From positions 130,386,001 through 130,450,000 of the forward strand of contig OX597815.1 of the NCBI GenBank assembly GCA_951406725.2: a DNA stretch of 64,000 nucleotides. The letters are read 5' to 3'. The notes beneath the pieces are model-generated. The model made no database searches and was not told where the DNA came from. It saw nothing but the letters and a program-made list of their open reading frames with translations. Positions 26,463 to 40,408 of the stretch are shown piece after piece. Position 1 is the first letter of the stretch. Each line of letters starts with the position of its first letter. The DNA comes from Octopus vulgaris. Taxonomy: Eukaryota. A program made the position numbers and the translations under genes.

Positions 26463-26777
26463 CAAGGCACATGGCTCAGTGGTTAGACCGTCGAGCTTAC
26501 AATCCTGGACTGGGCTGCATGTTGTGTTCTTGGGCAAGACACTTTATTTCATGTTGCTCCAGTTAGCTCAGCTGTAGAAATGAGTTGCGACGTCACAGGT
26601 GCCAAGCTGTATCGACCTTTGCCTTTCCCTTGGATAACACTAATGGCATGGAGAGGGGAGGCCAGTATGCATGGGCGACTGCTAGTCTTCCATAAACAAC
26701 CTTCCCGGGACTTGTGGCTGGGAGGGTATCTTCCTTGGTGTAATCCCATGGTCAGTCATGACTGAAGAGGGTCTCAG
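26463..26777 (+). mobile_element. tRNA-derived SINE family 3 nested in a family-2 SINE (related heads at about 8630, 11240, 19140, 22060, 50350)
   Basis: TGGCTCAGTGGTTAG A box, TTGTGTTCTTGGGCAAGACACTTTATTTCA core. Confidence 0.7.
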
Positions 26778-28022
26778 CATACATATATATGACAGGCTTC
26801 TTTCAGTTTCCGTCTACCAAATTTACTCACGAGGCTTTGGTCGGGCCGAGGCTATAGTAGAAGACACTTGCCCAAGGTGCCAGGCAGTGGGACTGAACCC
26901 GGAACCATGTGGTTGGTAAGCAAGCTACTTACCACACAGCCACTCCTGCATCTATAAATACACATAAATAAAAATGAAAGAAAGGTCAATAAAATCAACC
27001 CTTGTACTTGACTGGTACTTTATTCTAACAACCCCAGAAGGATCAGAACAATGTGTTCCTCAGTTGTATTTGAACTCGGAACACAAAGAACTGTAGGTAA
27101 ATACTACAAAAAGCATTTCATCTGACAGTGTATTCATTCTTCTTATTCACTCACAACCTATATATGTTGCTTTCATACATTGACACAAAGCCATGAGTTA
27201 GTAATAATTTTAGCCCTAGTTTTACCTATTTCTTTACTACTCACAAGGGGCTAAACACAGAGAGGACAAACAAGGACAGACAAACGGGTTAAGTCGATAA
27301 TTCGACCCCAGTGTGTAACTGGTACTTATTTAATCGACCCCGAAAGGATGAAAGGCAAAGTCGACCTTGGCGGAATTTGAACTCAGAATGTAGCGGCAGA
27401 CGAAATCCTGCTCAGCATTTCGCCCAGCGTGCTACCGATTCTGCCAGCTCACCGCCTTTTTAGCTCTAGTTTTACCATGATGAAATAGACCTCTGTGACC
27501 TGTTCTGTCTGTGACCATCTTGGTACTTTTTCTCTTCAAGTATGGTGTATTTTGAAGTACATCATCAAATGTCTACTTTATTGTTTTTTTTACATGGTAT
27601 AGTGTGATTTGATGGAAATTTCGCTACTTTTCCAAGCAGGTGAAGGATGTCTGTGTTTGTCACAAAACAAAAAAAAAAAACTGCCCTAGATGTGGGAACA
27701 GCAATTCATTGTGGATCACCATTGAGTTGTGTAGAGGTTTAGTTGTTGAGGACTGAAAGAGGTCTGAAGAGGCTGTTGAGGGTTGATGAAGGGGTGGTCA
27801 TAGCTCTAATGTGCTCCAGCCTTGACCACCCTTTTTATTTTTCAGACAATATAGTTGCAGTTGTAGCTGGGTGGGTAAGGAACTTGCTTTTCAGTCATGT
27901 TTCAGGTTCAGTCCCACTGTATGGCACCTTGGGCAAGTGTCTTCTACTTTAGCCCCAGGCTGACCAATGCCTTGTGAGTGAATCTGGCTGACAGAAATTG
28001 CGTGGAAGCCTGTTGTAAATAT

Positions 28023-28067
<45 letters not shown>

Positions 28068-31000
28068 ATATATATATAATGGTATTGGGGTACTGACCAG
28101 ACTGCTGGATGTTGTTATACATTGCTGGTCATAATGTGCATTGCGTTGTTTTAGCCTTCAGATGGTGCCACCCTGCTGGCTAGGCAAGCAGGCCAAAATA
28201 TTTGTGTGTGTGTATGTGTCTCACACCATTTGACAACCAGTGTTGGTTTGTTTACATCCCCCTAACTTAACAGCTCAACTGAAGAGACCAATAAAATAAA
28301 TACCAGACATGAAAATAAGTAGTGGAGTTAATTTGTTTGAATCCTCTGAGGCAGACTCCAGCATGGCCATGGTCCAATGAATAAAACAAGTAAAAAAAAT
28401 TGAAAAAAAAAAACCCAAACAAGACAGACATTATCCATGTCTCTTTAAGACTAGTCTACTTTTTGAGGAAAATTTGAGTGCTCTTTCTTGCAAGTCTAGC
28501 GACCACATAGAGGGTCTCCTATTGGTCTTCAGACAGGAGACTGTGGAATGGATTTATTCCTTTGAGAATGCTAGCTTCATTTTCGACTACACTTATCTCT
28601 ATATTATATGATTTTACTTGTGGAATTTGCGATGCTGTGTGTGTATGTGTTAGAAAGGAAAACAAATATTAAGCTGAAAGTAAGCAGCAGTTAAAAAATT
28701 CTGGCAACCTTGAGTAAATAGAAGAGAAGAGTGATGTGGTAGAAACATCAATAAATGTTGGCAATGAAAAAGATGGAGGTAAGCTGCACAGCCTTGCACA
28801 GTTTATCAGCTGAAAGATAATCCATAACTAGTGTAGTCTTTAATGTAATTTATTATTTGAAATTCACTACAACACCACTTCTTGCTTGTGTAGCTTCTCG
28901 GATGAACAGTGGTAGCTTTTATTTTTTTGTCTTTTATGTGTTTCAGTTATTACTGTGGCCAAGCTGGGGTACCACTTTGAAAACTTTTAGTTCAGTATAT
29001 TGACACCAATAGATGTATGTATTTTCTAGCCTGGTTGCCAAGCGATGGTGGAGGACAAACACACACATGTGCGCACACGCACACACACACACGCGAGCAC
29101 ATGCACACGCACACACACACATGCACACGCACACACACACAACTGGCTTCTTTTAGTTTCCGTCTACCGAATTCACTCACAAGGTTTTGATCAGCCTGAG
29201 GCTTTAGTAGAAGATACTTGCCCATGGTGGCACACAGTGGGACTGAACTGACAACCATGTATTTAGGAAGCAGATTTCTTACCATGCCATACCTATTTCT
29301 TTATTACCCACAAGGGGCTAAACACAGAGGGGACAAACAAGAACAGACATAGGTATTAAGTCTATTACATCGACCCCAGTGCGTAACTGGTCCTTAATTT
29401 ATCGACCCCGAAAGGATGAAAGGCAAAGTTGACCTCAGCGGAATTCGAACTCACAACGTAACGCAGACGAAATACATGCTAACGTTTCTGCCAGCTCGCC
29501 GCCTACCTGCACCTATACTTTGATATAATATCGTTTCTAATCTAGGCACAATCCCAGAAATTTAATGGGTACCAACTTGATTACATCAGTCCCAGTGTTT
29601 GATTGGTATTTTATTTCATCGACCCCTGAAAGGATGAAAGGCAAAGTTGACCTTGGTGGGATTTGAACTCAGAATGTTAAAGAACTGCAAGAATGCCACT
29701 AAGCATTTTGTCTGACATACTAACAATTCTGCCAGCTTGCTACCTTCATAGTGGTATCAAAAGGAAAGTTGATGTTGTCTCTGATCTAGATTCAAGATAT
29801 ACATTTAGATGTTTTCATTTTTATCACTATCAGCATCATCAATCATCTTTAATATATTTTGATATGTTTTTTTTTTTTCATGCTGTTTGGTTTGTAGAGT
29901 GTATTCTCACTCCCCTCATTCCCACTTGGTACTTCATCTTGTCTGTGAAACCCCACCATCCTCTTGTTTGACCTCACATAATCTTCTTCCTATATCTGCG
30001 TGTCACAGTTATCTTCTTGCTATCAAACTCCTACTGCATTCGCCTTATCTTGCAGGTGTAGTAGTTGATTAGTTGGTTCACACATACCATGTGTTCATCC
30101 CACCATAGCTATCTCATCCACTACACATCACTTAACACTGTCAATGCCAAGCACCCTCAAATCCTCATGTGTCCCCTCCATTGTTCATACAAATTAAACT
30201 TACATATGTAGCAGATTTTCTTCACATCTCATGTGTCGCCTCCATTTTTCATACAAACTAAAGTTACATATTCAACAGGTTTTCTTCATCTTCATTCAAT
30301 ATCCTTGTCTTGCAGTTATAAAATCATCAAACACCTTACTCATGTTCAACACTTATTGTCATCATATTTTTAACAAAACACATCTTATGTGTGAATCAAT
30401 TCTAAAAACAATGAAGGATTTAAAAGTGTTTAATAAACTTCATTAAACGGTTTGTTAATTTGGTATTTGGAACATGAATTAACAAAAGGATTTTACTTTA
30501 AAAAATGTAATGGTATTCTTTTAATCTCTTAATGGTTTCTGTCATTGGACTGAGCCCTTGAAGGGTTTAGTTGATCACATTGACCCAAATATTCAGGGCT
30601 GATGTGGTTGAATAATAAGGCTGGTACTTATTTCATTGATCTCAATTTGTTGTAATGCCAGGTTACAGAATATGAACAAACAAATATAAATATGGAAACT
30701 AAGATACATGCAATTTAGTTTTTCCTGAAGAAACAAATAGAGACTAACAAAATAAATTACCAGATTGAAAAATTGAATAACTCCCTTGAAAACGCTGCCC
30801 CAGCATGGCCACATTTCAGTAACCGAATCTAATACACGAATACAAAAAAATATAAATATTTGTTCAGACCTTACAGCAGACATGATGTTACTGTTGGGCA
30901 AGACACACGACTCTGTTTATTTCAGTTTGCCCGACTAGCTCCTCTCATTTCACAATTCATTGTAGGAAGAGCTCCCAACTTTAAAAACAATTGCTCCAGC

Positions 31001-31268
31001 ATGGCAAGTGCTATAGTTTCCGATCTATCACTTTAGCCTACATGCAAAAGCAGTTAGATCTCTCTCAAACTAAACTCATCCATTTTTTAAAAAAGAAAGG
31101 ACACACTTATTTAATACAGTCTTCAAAAAGATGAGATGGATGGTGCTTGTCTGGGGGTTAAAGAGCATCTCTTGCTAGCCTGTAAAACATGTATATAGGA
31201 GTGGTGGTGGATAGCACTGAAGGCTGTCTTTAGTCAAGGCAGGTTAACTGCTGTTGTACCTTGCAAAT

Positions 31269-31294
31269 ATGATATGGGCAGAGTTATTTAAGAG
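31269..31294 (+). CDS. Candidate first coding exon of the ankyrin-SOCS gene (MIWAELFK + AG)
   Basis: ATG with A at -3, in-frame stop upstream (31245-47), perfect donor AG|GTGAGT at 31294/5. Phase 2 matches the 41996 acceptor, giving MIWAELFKRIRELFYKDD. Lies in non-repeat sequence. Confidence 0.4.
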
Positions 31295-31401
31295 GTGAGT
31301 AAATTATGTGAAAGAGTTTATGTATGTAATGAAATAGGCTGATATAGACATTGATGGTATTAAGCTGATGATGGAAGTGAGAGTAATTAGGTATTAGGAA
31401 A

Positions 31402-31450
<49 letters not shown>

Positions 31451-32113
31451 TATGAGTGTTAGCTAGCTATCAGTGTATGAGTGTGAGGTCAGTTGAGTGA
31501 ACTCCTTGTGTATATGTGAGTGAAACATTCCTTGCATAATAAAACCAACAAATTAAAAAAATAACACAGACTTTTATATTAATCCATCATCATTGTCATC
31601 CTTTAACGCCCATTTTCCATGTTGGCATGGGTTGAATGGCTTGACAGGAGCTGGCAAGGCCAGGGGTCACATCAGCTTCCATAGTCTGTTTTAGCTTGGT
31701 TTCTATAGCCAGAAGCACTTTACAAAGTGTTCTGTGTACTTTTTACATTGCACCATCACCAGTGCTATATTAATCGAAAGGTAATATCATGCATGCCATA
31801 CAAAATGTTATGAAAGGCTGTATACTTCCTGAGCATTGTATGTTACCTATATCTGCCACTGACCAGGAGAACTGTCTTGTATGCAAAAAATATGGAAAGG
31901 TATTTAGTTATAAAATGTTATGGATTAGTATTTAGCAGAAACATGTAGGCTGGGAGAAAAAGAAAAACAGAGAGTAAGAGCTGCAAGAAGCTGGTCTTAG
32001 GGATGAAGTCCACATGTACTGTTTGGTGTGAGGCTTAAAAAGAGTAATATGCTGTGTAGGAACTAACTTCATTCTCTTCAAGACTCATCCTCTTCCTCAT
32101 CATCATCATTTAA

Positions 32114-32236
32114 CCTTTGACATATTCAGGTGAATCATCTAGCTGTATGAGTTTTCTTTTGCTCCTGTAGCTGTTTGTGTATTGAGAGGGGAGAAAACTC
32201 ATATGGTAACATGATTTGCTTACATCATGCTAAAGG
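32114..32236. mobile_element. TTAA-flanked small MITE
   Basis: TTAA-CCTTTGACAT...ATGCTAAAGG-TTAA. Confidence 0.5.
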
Positions 32237-33697
32237 TTAATGGCTGTCTTCAATACTGGTATGTGTTGAGCAGTTTGACATGATCTGATAAGCCCTCGAG
32301 CTCCAATGTCTGCTTTGACATGGTTTCTATGGCTAGATAACCTTCCTAATGTAACTGCTTATTTTACAGAGTGTACTGGGTACTGTTTTTGTGGCACCAG
32401 CATTAGTGAGGTTGCCATGTTACTCGCAAGACTGAAAAGCCCTCCTCAGCTGATAGTAGTGGTTGAGAGGTTAAAGTATGGCAGGGGGACAGGAGCAGGT
32501 TTTTTGCTGTAGTGGAAATACATGGCTACCCCACATTTTGTAGGGGTGGGCAAGAGTAACTGGAAAGAGAGATTAAGATAATGCTGTCAAGATGTCAGGG
32601 CAAATCTTCAAAAAACAAAAGGTGAGTAGAAGAGATAATGGGGACAGAAAATCTGAAAGGGCTGGTGGGAAAAGATTGCATGAATGTAGGAGGAAAGTGA
32701 CAGATGGTTAGTGATGAGGTTAGAGATGAATGAAGTGAATGGTAGACCATGGTGAAGGCATAATTCTTAGTTAATAACCAGTGTATATAAGTGTTATGAC
32801 ATGGGTATACACGTCTGGTGTAAAATGGTATTACACAAATATATGTTAAAACAGGATGCAATCTGTATTACTCAGATGTGGGTATGATACTCAGTATTCA
32901 CTGTTCAGCTACCAACTGGTGAACCAACACACACGGTCGAACTAACACCTGTCAATAACTCCCCCTGACAGTTCACTCATTTCTTATATATTGTAATTGG
33001 TTAGTCCACCTTCAGTTATGTGGGGGTGTTCAGGATTCTAGTCTATTGAATAGTGTGTGTTTTGTGGATTTCATTCTTTGTGGATGCTTCTCAAACTAAG
33101 ATGGTTCGGTATATTTTGATATTTGAATTTCTAATTGTGGACATTATTGTTACTTTATTTTTTCTTCTTTTTCCTTATCTTTTACTTGTTTCAGTCACTG
33201 GACTGCGACCATGCTGGAGCATTGCCTTAAGCAGTTTAATTGAACAAATTAACCCCAGTACTTATTTCTTGAGAAATCTGGTGCTTATTCTTTCTGTCTC
33301 TTTTGCTGAACTGCTAGACTATGGAGATGTAAACAAACCAACACTGGTTGTCAAGCAGTGTTGGTTTGTTTAAAAACAAGCACAAAGACACACACACAAA
33401 CAGGTTTCCACACAGTTCCCCTCTATCAAATTCTCATAAACCAATAAAAAAGATGTCAGTGCAAGTATGTGTGTGTGTGTATGCTTGGTTCACTAAAGCC
33501 AGCATCTCTGCATGTTTACTTTTGTGTGCAGGTGTTTGTTTGTGTACAACATCTATGCACATAAAGTAATTCTACTGGTTTGTTACGAGGTTGTTGGCCC
33601 AAGAACCATGATGGTTCATCCTGTGTCTAAAACAGTGGTTCTCAACCTGTGTTCTGCAAAGGCAGTACTGGGGGTCCATGAACTAAATTCAAAATTT

Positions 33698-33730
<33 letters not shown>

Positions 33731-33733
<3 letters not shown>

Positions 33734-33915
33734 GGAGTAAACACATAAATGTGAAACAAGGTGGAAAAAAGAGTACTCAAATACCAGTGGTAGAGTAATA
33801 TGCTTTATTTTAAGCAGCAGAAAATTTGCTCTTGCAAAAACTGTCTGATGAACGGCAACGAGAAACTCAGAGTAACAGATTTTGTTGAATTTTCTGCTGC
33901 TTAAAATAAAGTATA
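33731..33915 (+). mobile_element. Fold-back element with hammerhead in (TA)n inside a hAT MITE
   Basis: Arms 33798-33826 / 33888-33916 flank the hammerhead. Left extension 33731-33797. Confidence 0.7.
33837..33882 (+). ncRNA. Minimal hammerhead ribozyme
   Basis: CTGT, CTGATGA 33845-51, short stem II (CG-GCAA-CG), GAAAC-TCAGA-GTA 33862-74, ACAG, with AATAAA downstream. Confidence 0.75.
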
Positions 33916-35548
33916 TATATATATATATATATATATATGGATAAACATATTAAAAGGGGTTCATGGGAAAACTCATTTAAATAAAAGGAGTCCTTGGTAG
34001 TGAAAAGGTTGGGAACCACTGACCTAGAACTATAACACCTGGTTTTCTCTCAGTGGTCCACTCTACCATAGCCTGACATTGGCAATATTATTGACAATAT
34101 CATTTAAGCACAATATTCTAAGTGTTTCTTTCTTGTGGTTTCAAACCCTGGACCAGATGATGCCTCTGTTCTTGAGCAAAACTCTTTATTTCATTTTGTT
34201 CCTGCTCACTCACCTGGCAAAAATGAGTAATCCTGCAACAGACTTGTGTCTCATTCAGGTGAGAAATATGTATGTTACAGGATCTGGGAAACCAGCTTTA
34301 TGAACCTATGGCTTGGGAAGGCCTTTCAACTACTTTTTCATCTCACATCCTTAATTTGTAATAAAATGTAGAAATTTTTAAATCATTCAGTTATTTTGTA
34401 AATGTCTATATTTTCCACTCTCTTTTTGTACTGGTTCCACAAGAAACTGCCTATCCCTGCCATGCTCCCTGCAGAGTAATTGGTGATCAGATCAACCTCT
34501 TGAGTGCAGGTGCCATGAAAAGATGCATCCAGTGCACACTATAAGTGGTTGGTAGATGAACAGCAAATGTGCAGAGTTGAGAAATCTCTTTAGTCTTGTT
34601 ACACCAAGGGCTATTTAACCTGTTCAGTGCTGGTGTTATGAGAAAATGCATCCTATCTGTACTATAAAGTGGTCAGCAATAGGAAGGCAAACCAGCTGTA
34701 GAAACCAAGCCAAATGATACAGATAAATGAAGGTGATAGCTTCTAACAAGAAATGATTTAAACCATGATGATTATATAACCCATGCCAGCATAGAAAGCA
34801 GACATAAATTGATGATATTTCCTCTGTAAATAATATGACCTTTTGCAGGATGTGAACCTGGTTCAATTAACTGAGCTCTTTATCACTGTTAACCTCAGAA
34901 CTTGACATATGACAATAATATTCATTGGAAGTTTGTTGTCCAACCTCAGTTTGACTCTTATTGAGTAGATCAATAATCACAGATGTTCCAACTATGGCCA
35001 TCCAATCCTTTTATATTCACTACCTTTTGATTTTTTTTTATTAAGTTGAAAGGATGTGATGTCAGGGAAATTTTTGTTGCTATTTCTAGCAGCTTAAGCA
35101 ACTGCTCAAAGGCTCTTGCTAGATTGTATTGAGGTCAACTTCATCAATGAGGTCAAAATGAAGGCCAGCAGCTTGGTGACCTGAAAGGAGATAAAGAAAA
35201 ACAACAAGCAACAAAGCAGAAATAATTAATTTCATAGTTTATTTAGTTGCTGCAGCTTGCTCATTAATTAAACAAAATTAGCAAGTTTGATCTACCTTTC
35301 CAAAGCAGTCGGATAATAATCAATTATCTTGCTTGTTAATTACTTGAAAGCAGATTGGTACAAACTGTAGGTTGTCTCTACATTCCAGGGTCAAATCCAT
35401 TATTTGGAGATGTTTACATCCTCTGGGGTTGACAAACTGTGGAAGTTATATTCCCTTTCTAGCCCTGCCCACCCCTCCACTTCTTTATTCAGGGTAGCAA
35501 TCTAGAAAATCATTTAGTAACTATTTAACTGTTTAGTAGATTGTAATA

Positions 35549-35773
35549 CTGCAATCCCTCACTGTATCGTGGTTCACCTATCGGGGTTTATTATTTAAAC
35601 TTCCAGCGATTTCTCCGTGGTGTTGTTTTGCATTTACAATAAAATAAATATATACAAATTATAAAAATAATGAAAAAAAATGCACTACAGTACTGTTTCT
35701 ACTTTGTGAATTTTCATCTATCGTGGGGGTGGGGGTTTGGAATGTAACACCTGTGATAATCGAGGGATTACTG
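35549..35773. mobile_element. pogo/Tigger-type MITE
   Basis: TA-CTGCAATCCCTC...GAGGGATTACTG-TA. Confidence 0.7.
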
Positions 35774-37021
35774 TAATGGAAAACAGTGTGGGTACAATAT
35801 TACTGGGTATTATGGTTCCACGTGAGATAGCAGTAATTGCTTTTATCAACTCTCTCAGACCTGGGCCTGAGAGAGTTGATAAGTCCCAGGAATCCTGAGC
35901 TAAAAAAAAAAATAATAGTTGTATACACAGCTCAAGAGTAATAATTGCAGGCAAGCTAATGGACAGAATCACACACACAAAAAAAAAAAAATAATAATAA
36001 TAGACCTATCTCTCTCAACTACTGTGTTTGTCCCCCTGAATCTCTATTTCCCTCATCACTTTCACCAGTTTTAGTGCCCACATCATTCTCATTGTCTGCG
36101 TAAGGGTAAACTCTTTGTCTAATGAATAAATATCATCAATAATTTTCATCAACTATAAAGAGTGTAGGCTTTGCTCATTTACCAGACAAAGTGCTAGGTT
36201 CCTCACATGCTCATTTCATCACTAAAAATCTTTTTTTTTTCCAGTTAAAAGCAAAAATAAACAACTGCTCTGGGGGATACCCTTTGAGTTATAAATACAC
36301 TTGATTACAAAGCTGCAATGTGATCGGTTGTCTAATTCTAGTATTTTATCTTCTTTTTTATGAGTGTTGTTCATTACCACTTTAACGAGGATCTGGTAAC
36401 AATTACGCGTAGGCTATTCCTGCTATTGCAGGAACAAGGCGCAATAGGATTAATGTAATTTGGCAAATTTCCTCAGAGAGTATCTTAGCTACACACACAC
36501 ACACACATTTAAAGGGCGGTAACTGTATTATGTATTACTACTATAGCTATTTAAGTCATTCTTCTGAATAATTGAGAAATAAGGTTTACAATTATAATTA
36601 CAACAATTTTTATTAAGGTGGTGTGACAGCAGACTTGTCAGTGTGTTGGAAACAATGCTTTGTGATATTTCTTCCAACTCATTACATTCTGAGTTCAAAT
36701 TCTGCCTAGGTCGACTTTACTTTTCATCCTTTCAGAGTTAATGAAATAAGTACCAGCTGAGCACTAGGATTGGTGTTATTGACGTACCCGTTTTCTTGAA
36801 AATTGTTGCCTTTGTGCCAAAAATTAGAAAAAAATTATTATTTTAAGGCAACAAGCAGGCAGAATTGTTAACATATCCAACAAACTACTCAGTGGTATTT
36901 CTTTTGGTTCTTTATGTTTTGAGTTCAAATCCTACTGATATCAATTTTGCTTTTCATCCTATCAGGGTTGATAAAATAAGTTTTTTTGCTGAGATAAAAT
37001 CTCTTATAGATGTGATGTATT

Positions 37022-37062
<41 letters not shown>

Positions 37063-37064
<2 letters not shown>

Positions 37065-37277
37065 GAAAAATGCATTATGTACATGTAGGACAGACACAAA
37101 AGGGCACTAATCCTTCCTCAGTTATCGACCCAAAATGCTAATATCTGGTTTCATGCCTTTATCATTAAAGGCACGAAACTAAGTATTAATATTTTTTATC
37201 AATAACCGAGGAAAGATTAGAGCCCTTCTATGTCTGTCCTACATGTACGTTTTGTGGTATGTAATGCATTTTTCATT
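37063..37277. mobile_element. Fold-back element centred on a hammerhead stem II
   Basis: Arms of about 100 bp centred on TGCCTTTA-tcat-TAAAGGCA, followed by C-GAAAC-TAA-GTA. Confidence 0.65.
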
Positions 37278-37311
37278 CATAACTGAATGCCATGCATCCC
37301 AACTTTATATG

Positions 37312-37353
<42 letters not shown>

Positions 37354-37532
37354 TAGTGTTTTTATTTCTTTTTTCCATTTTTTCTCCCTTTAACCGAGTC
37401 TCCAAAAATTACCACACACACGCACACACAGATTCAAAATAACAATGAACATTCTCTTCCCTATTCAACTCCAGATATTTTCAACTAACTTGCGTATATA
37501 TAAAAGGCCTAAAGTTTCTGTTAAAAAAAATC

Positions 37533-37574
37533 ATTCCTGATGAATCTCTGAAATGAGATGAAAGTGCTAGATAA
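37533..37574 (+). ncRNA. Minimal hammerhead ribozyme, degenerate stem I
   Basis: CTGATGA, stem II ATCTC-tgaaat-GAGAT, GAAAG-TG-CTA. TATATAAAAG lies about 35 nt upstream. Confidence 0.6.
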
Positions 37575-38213
37575 ATAATTATTGCCCTCTTATTCTGAAT
37601 ATATAAAATCTGTACACCATTTCAAACATATACATACGTATGTACATACGTTTGTTTGTTTGTATGAATGTATGAATGAATGAATGAATGAATGAATGAA
37701 AGAAAAAAGTCATCCTGGTAGCAGCTAGTGAGAATGTAATCTGGACAAAGTTCAGTATCTTGCCTATCAGCAGTGTATATACATTCACTATGATACATAG
37801 ATACCTATTTGAACATTAAATGTGGAGCTCTACAGGTCTACCCTCCTGGTAAGAAGAGCAGTGTTTAGAAGAGGATGTAGTCAATAAAATAGTAGTAATT
37901 TCATGTTGATGATAGTTGATAGTTTTCTTAAAATAACCACATGCTAACTGTTATTTAGTTAAGATAAAAATCTGGTTAATTTATTTGTTTATCTATTTTT
38001 CTTATTGTAAATAATTATATTCATATCTTACTCAACTTCTCTGACTCATCATACATGCATACGTGCTCACACACTCACACACATTCTGGCAGCTCAAGGG
38101 ACAAAAACTAAGATCAACTTTTGGCACATTGTTTAGTAGTTCAAGACAGTTTATATTGTAAACAGACTTAGGTATGTTAAATGTCAGTTCACAGCTACTT
38201 AATAATTTTCTGA

Positions 38214-38329
38214 CATGATCATCATTATCATCATCATCAATACTACATGTTTGATCAATCCACAGTTTGATCAATCCACATGATCATCATTATCATCATC
38301 ATCAATACTACATGTTTGATCAATCCACA
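38214..38329. repeat. Exact ~50-bp local duplication
   Basis: CATGATCATCATTATCATCATCATCAATACTACATGTTTGATCAATCCACA occurs twice. Confidence 0.85.
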
Positions 38330-39843
38330 CTACTATGGATATATATATCTTTTATCTCTTATCTTTTACTTGTCTCAGTCATTAGACCTTGGCCACGCTG
38401 GGGCACCACCTTGAAGAATATTAATTGTATGATTCCTGTTCTCCCCCCCTCTCTCTCTCTGGCCAGGTAACCATGTACCTCCTCTATAACAAGGCACCTG
38501 TTTCTGCATCGCTGTCTCACTATAACCTTTCATCATCTGAGGCAAGATCATCTCCTCCAATGCCTCCTCCTTTCTCTAAGAATCTTTGTCTTGTGAGTTA
38601 CTTGTTGACCCTGTCAATACAGGTGCCACTTAAAAAGCATCCAGTCCACATTGTAAAGTGGTTGGCATTTGGAAGGGCACCCAGCTGTAAAAACCTTGCC
38701 AAAACTGACCTCGCCTGTGCTTGTGCCATGTAAAAAGCACTCGGTCCACTCTGCTGGGTGGTTGGTGTTTGGAAGGGCATTCAATCATAAAAGCTCTGCC
38801 AAAACAGACACAGAAATCTAGTGGAAGCTTCTGCCTGACTCTTGTCGAGCCATCTCACCCATGCCAGCATGGAAGGTGGATGTTAAATAAGATGATGGTG
38901 ATGATGATGAATCAACCCCTTGTTTATTGTTTTTAAGCCTGGTACATATTCTATCAGTCTTTTGCCAAACTGCTAAGTTATGAGGATGTAAACACACCAA
39001 CCCTGGTTGTCAAGTGGTGGGGTCAGGACAAACACAAAGACACACACACATACTTAGATATATAAAATTATATACAATGGGCTTCTTTCAGTTTCCATCT
39101 ACCAAGTCCACCCACATGGCTTTGATTGGTCTGAGGCTATAGTAGAAGACACTTGCCCAGGGTGCTACACAGTGGGACTGAACCTGGAACCATGTGATTG
39201 GAAAGCAAACTTGTTACCATATATAAATATATTATATATACATTTGTGAATGAGAACAACAAACTCTACAAATATATATTTGCTAAATCGGAAACCTAAA
39301 ATGGATCCATAACTCCCATCTCAGTTACGAGCTTGGATCCCTGATAAATCGTTACAGCACTTAACCCAGCATACCTATTCATTTTGATCATCAGTGAACT
39401 AAACCCCCATATTCTGTATATATGATATAGATGTGTGTGTGTTGTTAATATTTTGCTTTGCAATCATATGGCCCTTTTTGGTCCAAACCTTAAAGGCTTG
39501 ATCCCCCCATGTGGTGTTTTGAGCAAGTGTCTTCTATTGTAGCATCAGTTTAACCATTTTTCTGTGAATGCCATTTGACAGACAGAAATGGCATGGAAGC
39601 TTATATGTGCCTCTGTTCATGTAAAAAAAGGGGAAAATAAAGGCTACAGGTCTCTAGGTGCATCTCTTGACCTTAAACAGGTAATTTGTTTCATGGATTT
39701 AATAAAATAAATACCTGACTGAAATATGTGCTGGAGTTACTGAAATGGACTAATATTCATGATGGCAGTGTCTAAGCACATTTATACTCTAATCACTGAC
39801 ACTAATTAGAGAATATATATGTGTGTGTATGTTTGTACGTATA

Positions 39844-40096
39844 CTGGATGTTCAGAAAGTCTCTCCACAGTGAATTTTTTTACATACCATGTCAGACTCT
39901 CCAAGATGTACTTCAAAACATGTGTAGAAGAGTCAACTTATGTATTGAAAATGAAGGATGACACTTTCAACACCTCTTATAAAGTTTTATTAAAGCCTTG
40001 TAAAGCCTAATATATTTTTTTGTAGTCTTATACCATCTTATAAATATTTAGTTTGCAATAAAATACTTACTGTAGAGAGATTTTTTAAACACCCTG
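39844..40096. mobile_element. Tc1/mariner-type MITE
   Basis: TA-CTGGATGTTCAGAAAGTCTCTCCACAGT...ACTGTAGAGAGATTTTTTAAACACCCTG-TA. Confidence 0.7.
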
Positions 40097-40360
40097 TATA
40101 TGTATGACTGTATGTATCTGTGTATGTGTGTGTATACAATGTATGTATGTATTCTTTTATTCTTTTACTTGTTTCAGTCATTTGACTGTGGCCATGCTGG
40201 AGCACCGCCTTTAGTCGAACGAATCGACCCCTGGACTTATTCTTTGTAGATCTAGTACTTATTCTATTGGTTTCTTTTGCCAAACTGCTAAGTTATGGGG
40301 ATGTAAACACACCAACATCGGTTGTCATGCAATATTGGAAGGACAAGCACAGACACACAA

Positions 40361-40408
<48 letters not shown>

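Larger units (their letters stand above)
33633..34021. mobile_element. hAT/Charlie-type MITE
   Basis: CAGTGGTTCTCAACC...GGTTGGGAACCACTG, diverged TSD GTCTAAAA/ACCTAGAA. Confidence 0.75.

Noticed and set aside
28630-28785. Donor-like GTAAGC sites as first exon of the ankyrin gene
   Set aside because: The ATG-led frames end in phase 0, incompatible with the phase-2 acceptor at 41996. They could still be UTR exons.
39340-39400. CTGATGA (minus) in a hairpin-rich insert
   Set aside because: No convincing stem II or GAAA.
1721-40283. Numerous short ORFs rich in YI/CV/HT or WHQH repeats
   Set aside because: They are translations of microsatellites, minisatellites and SINEs.
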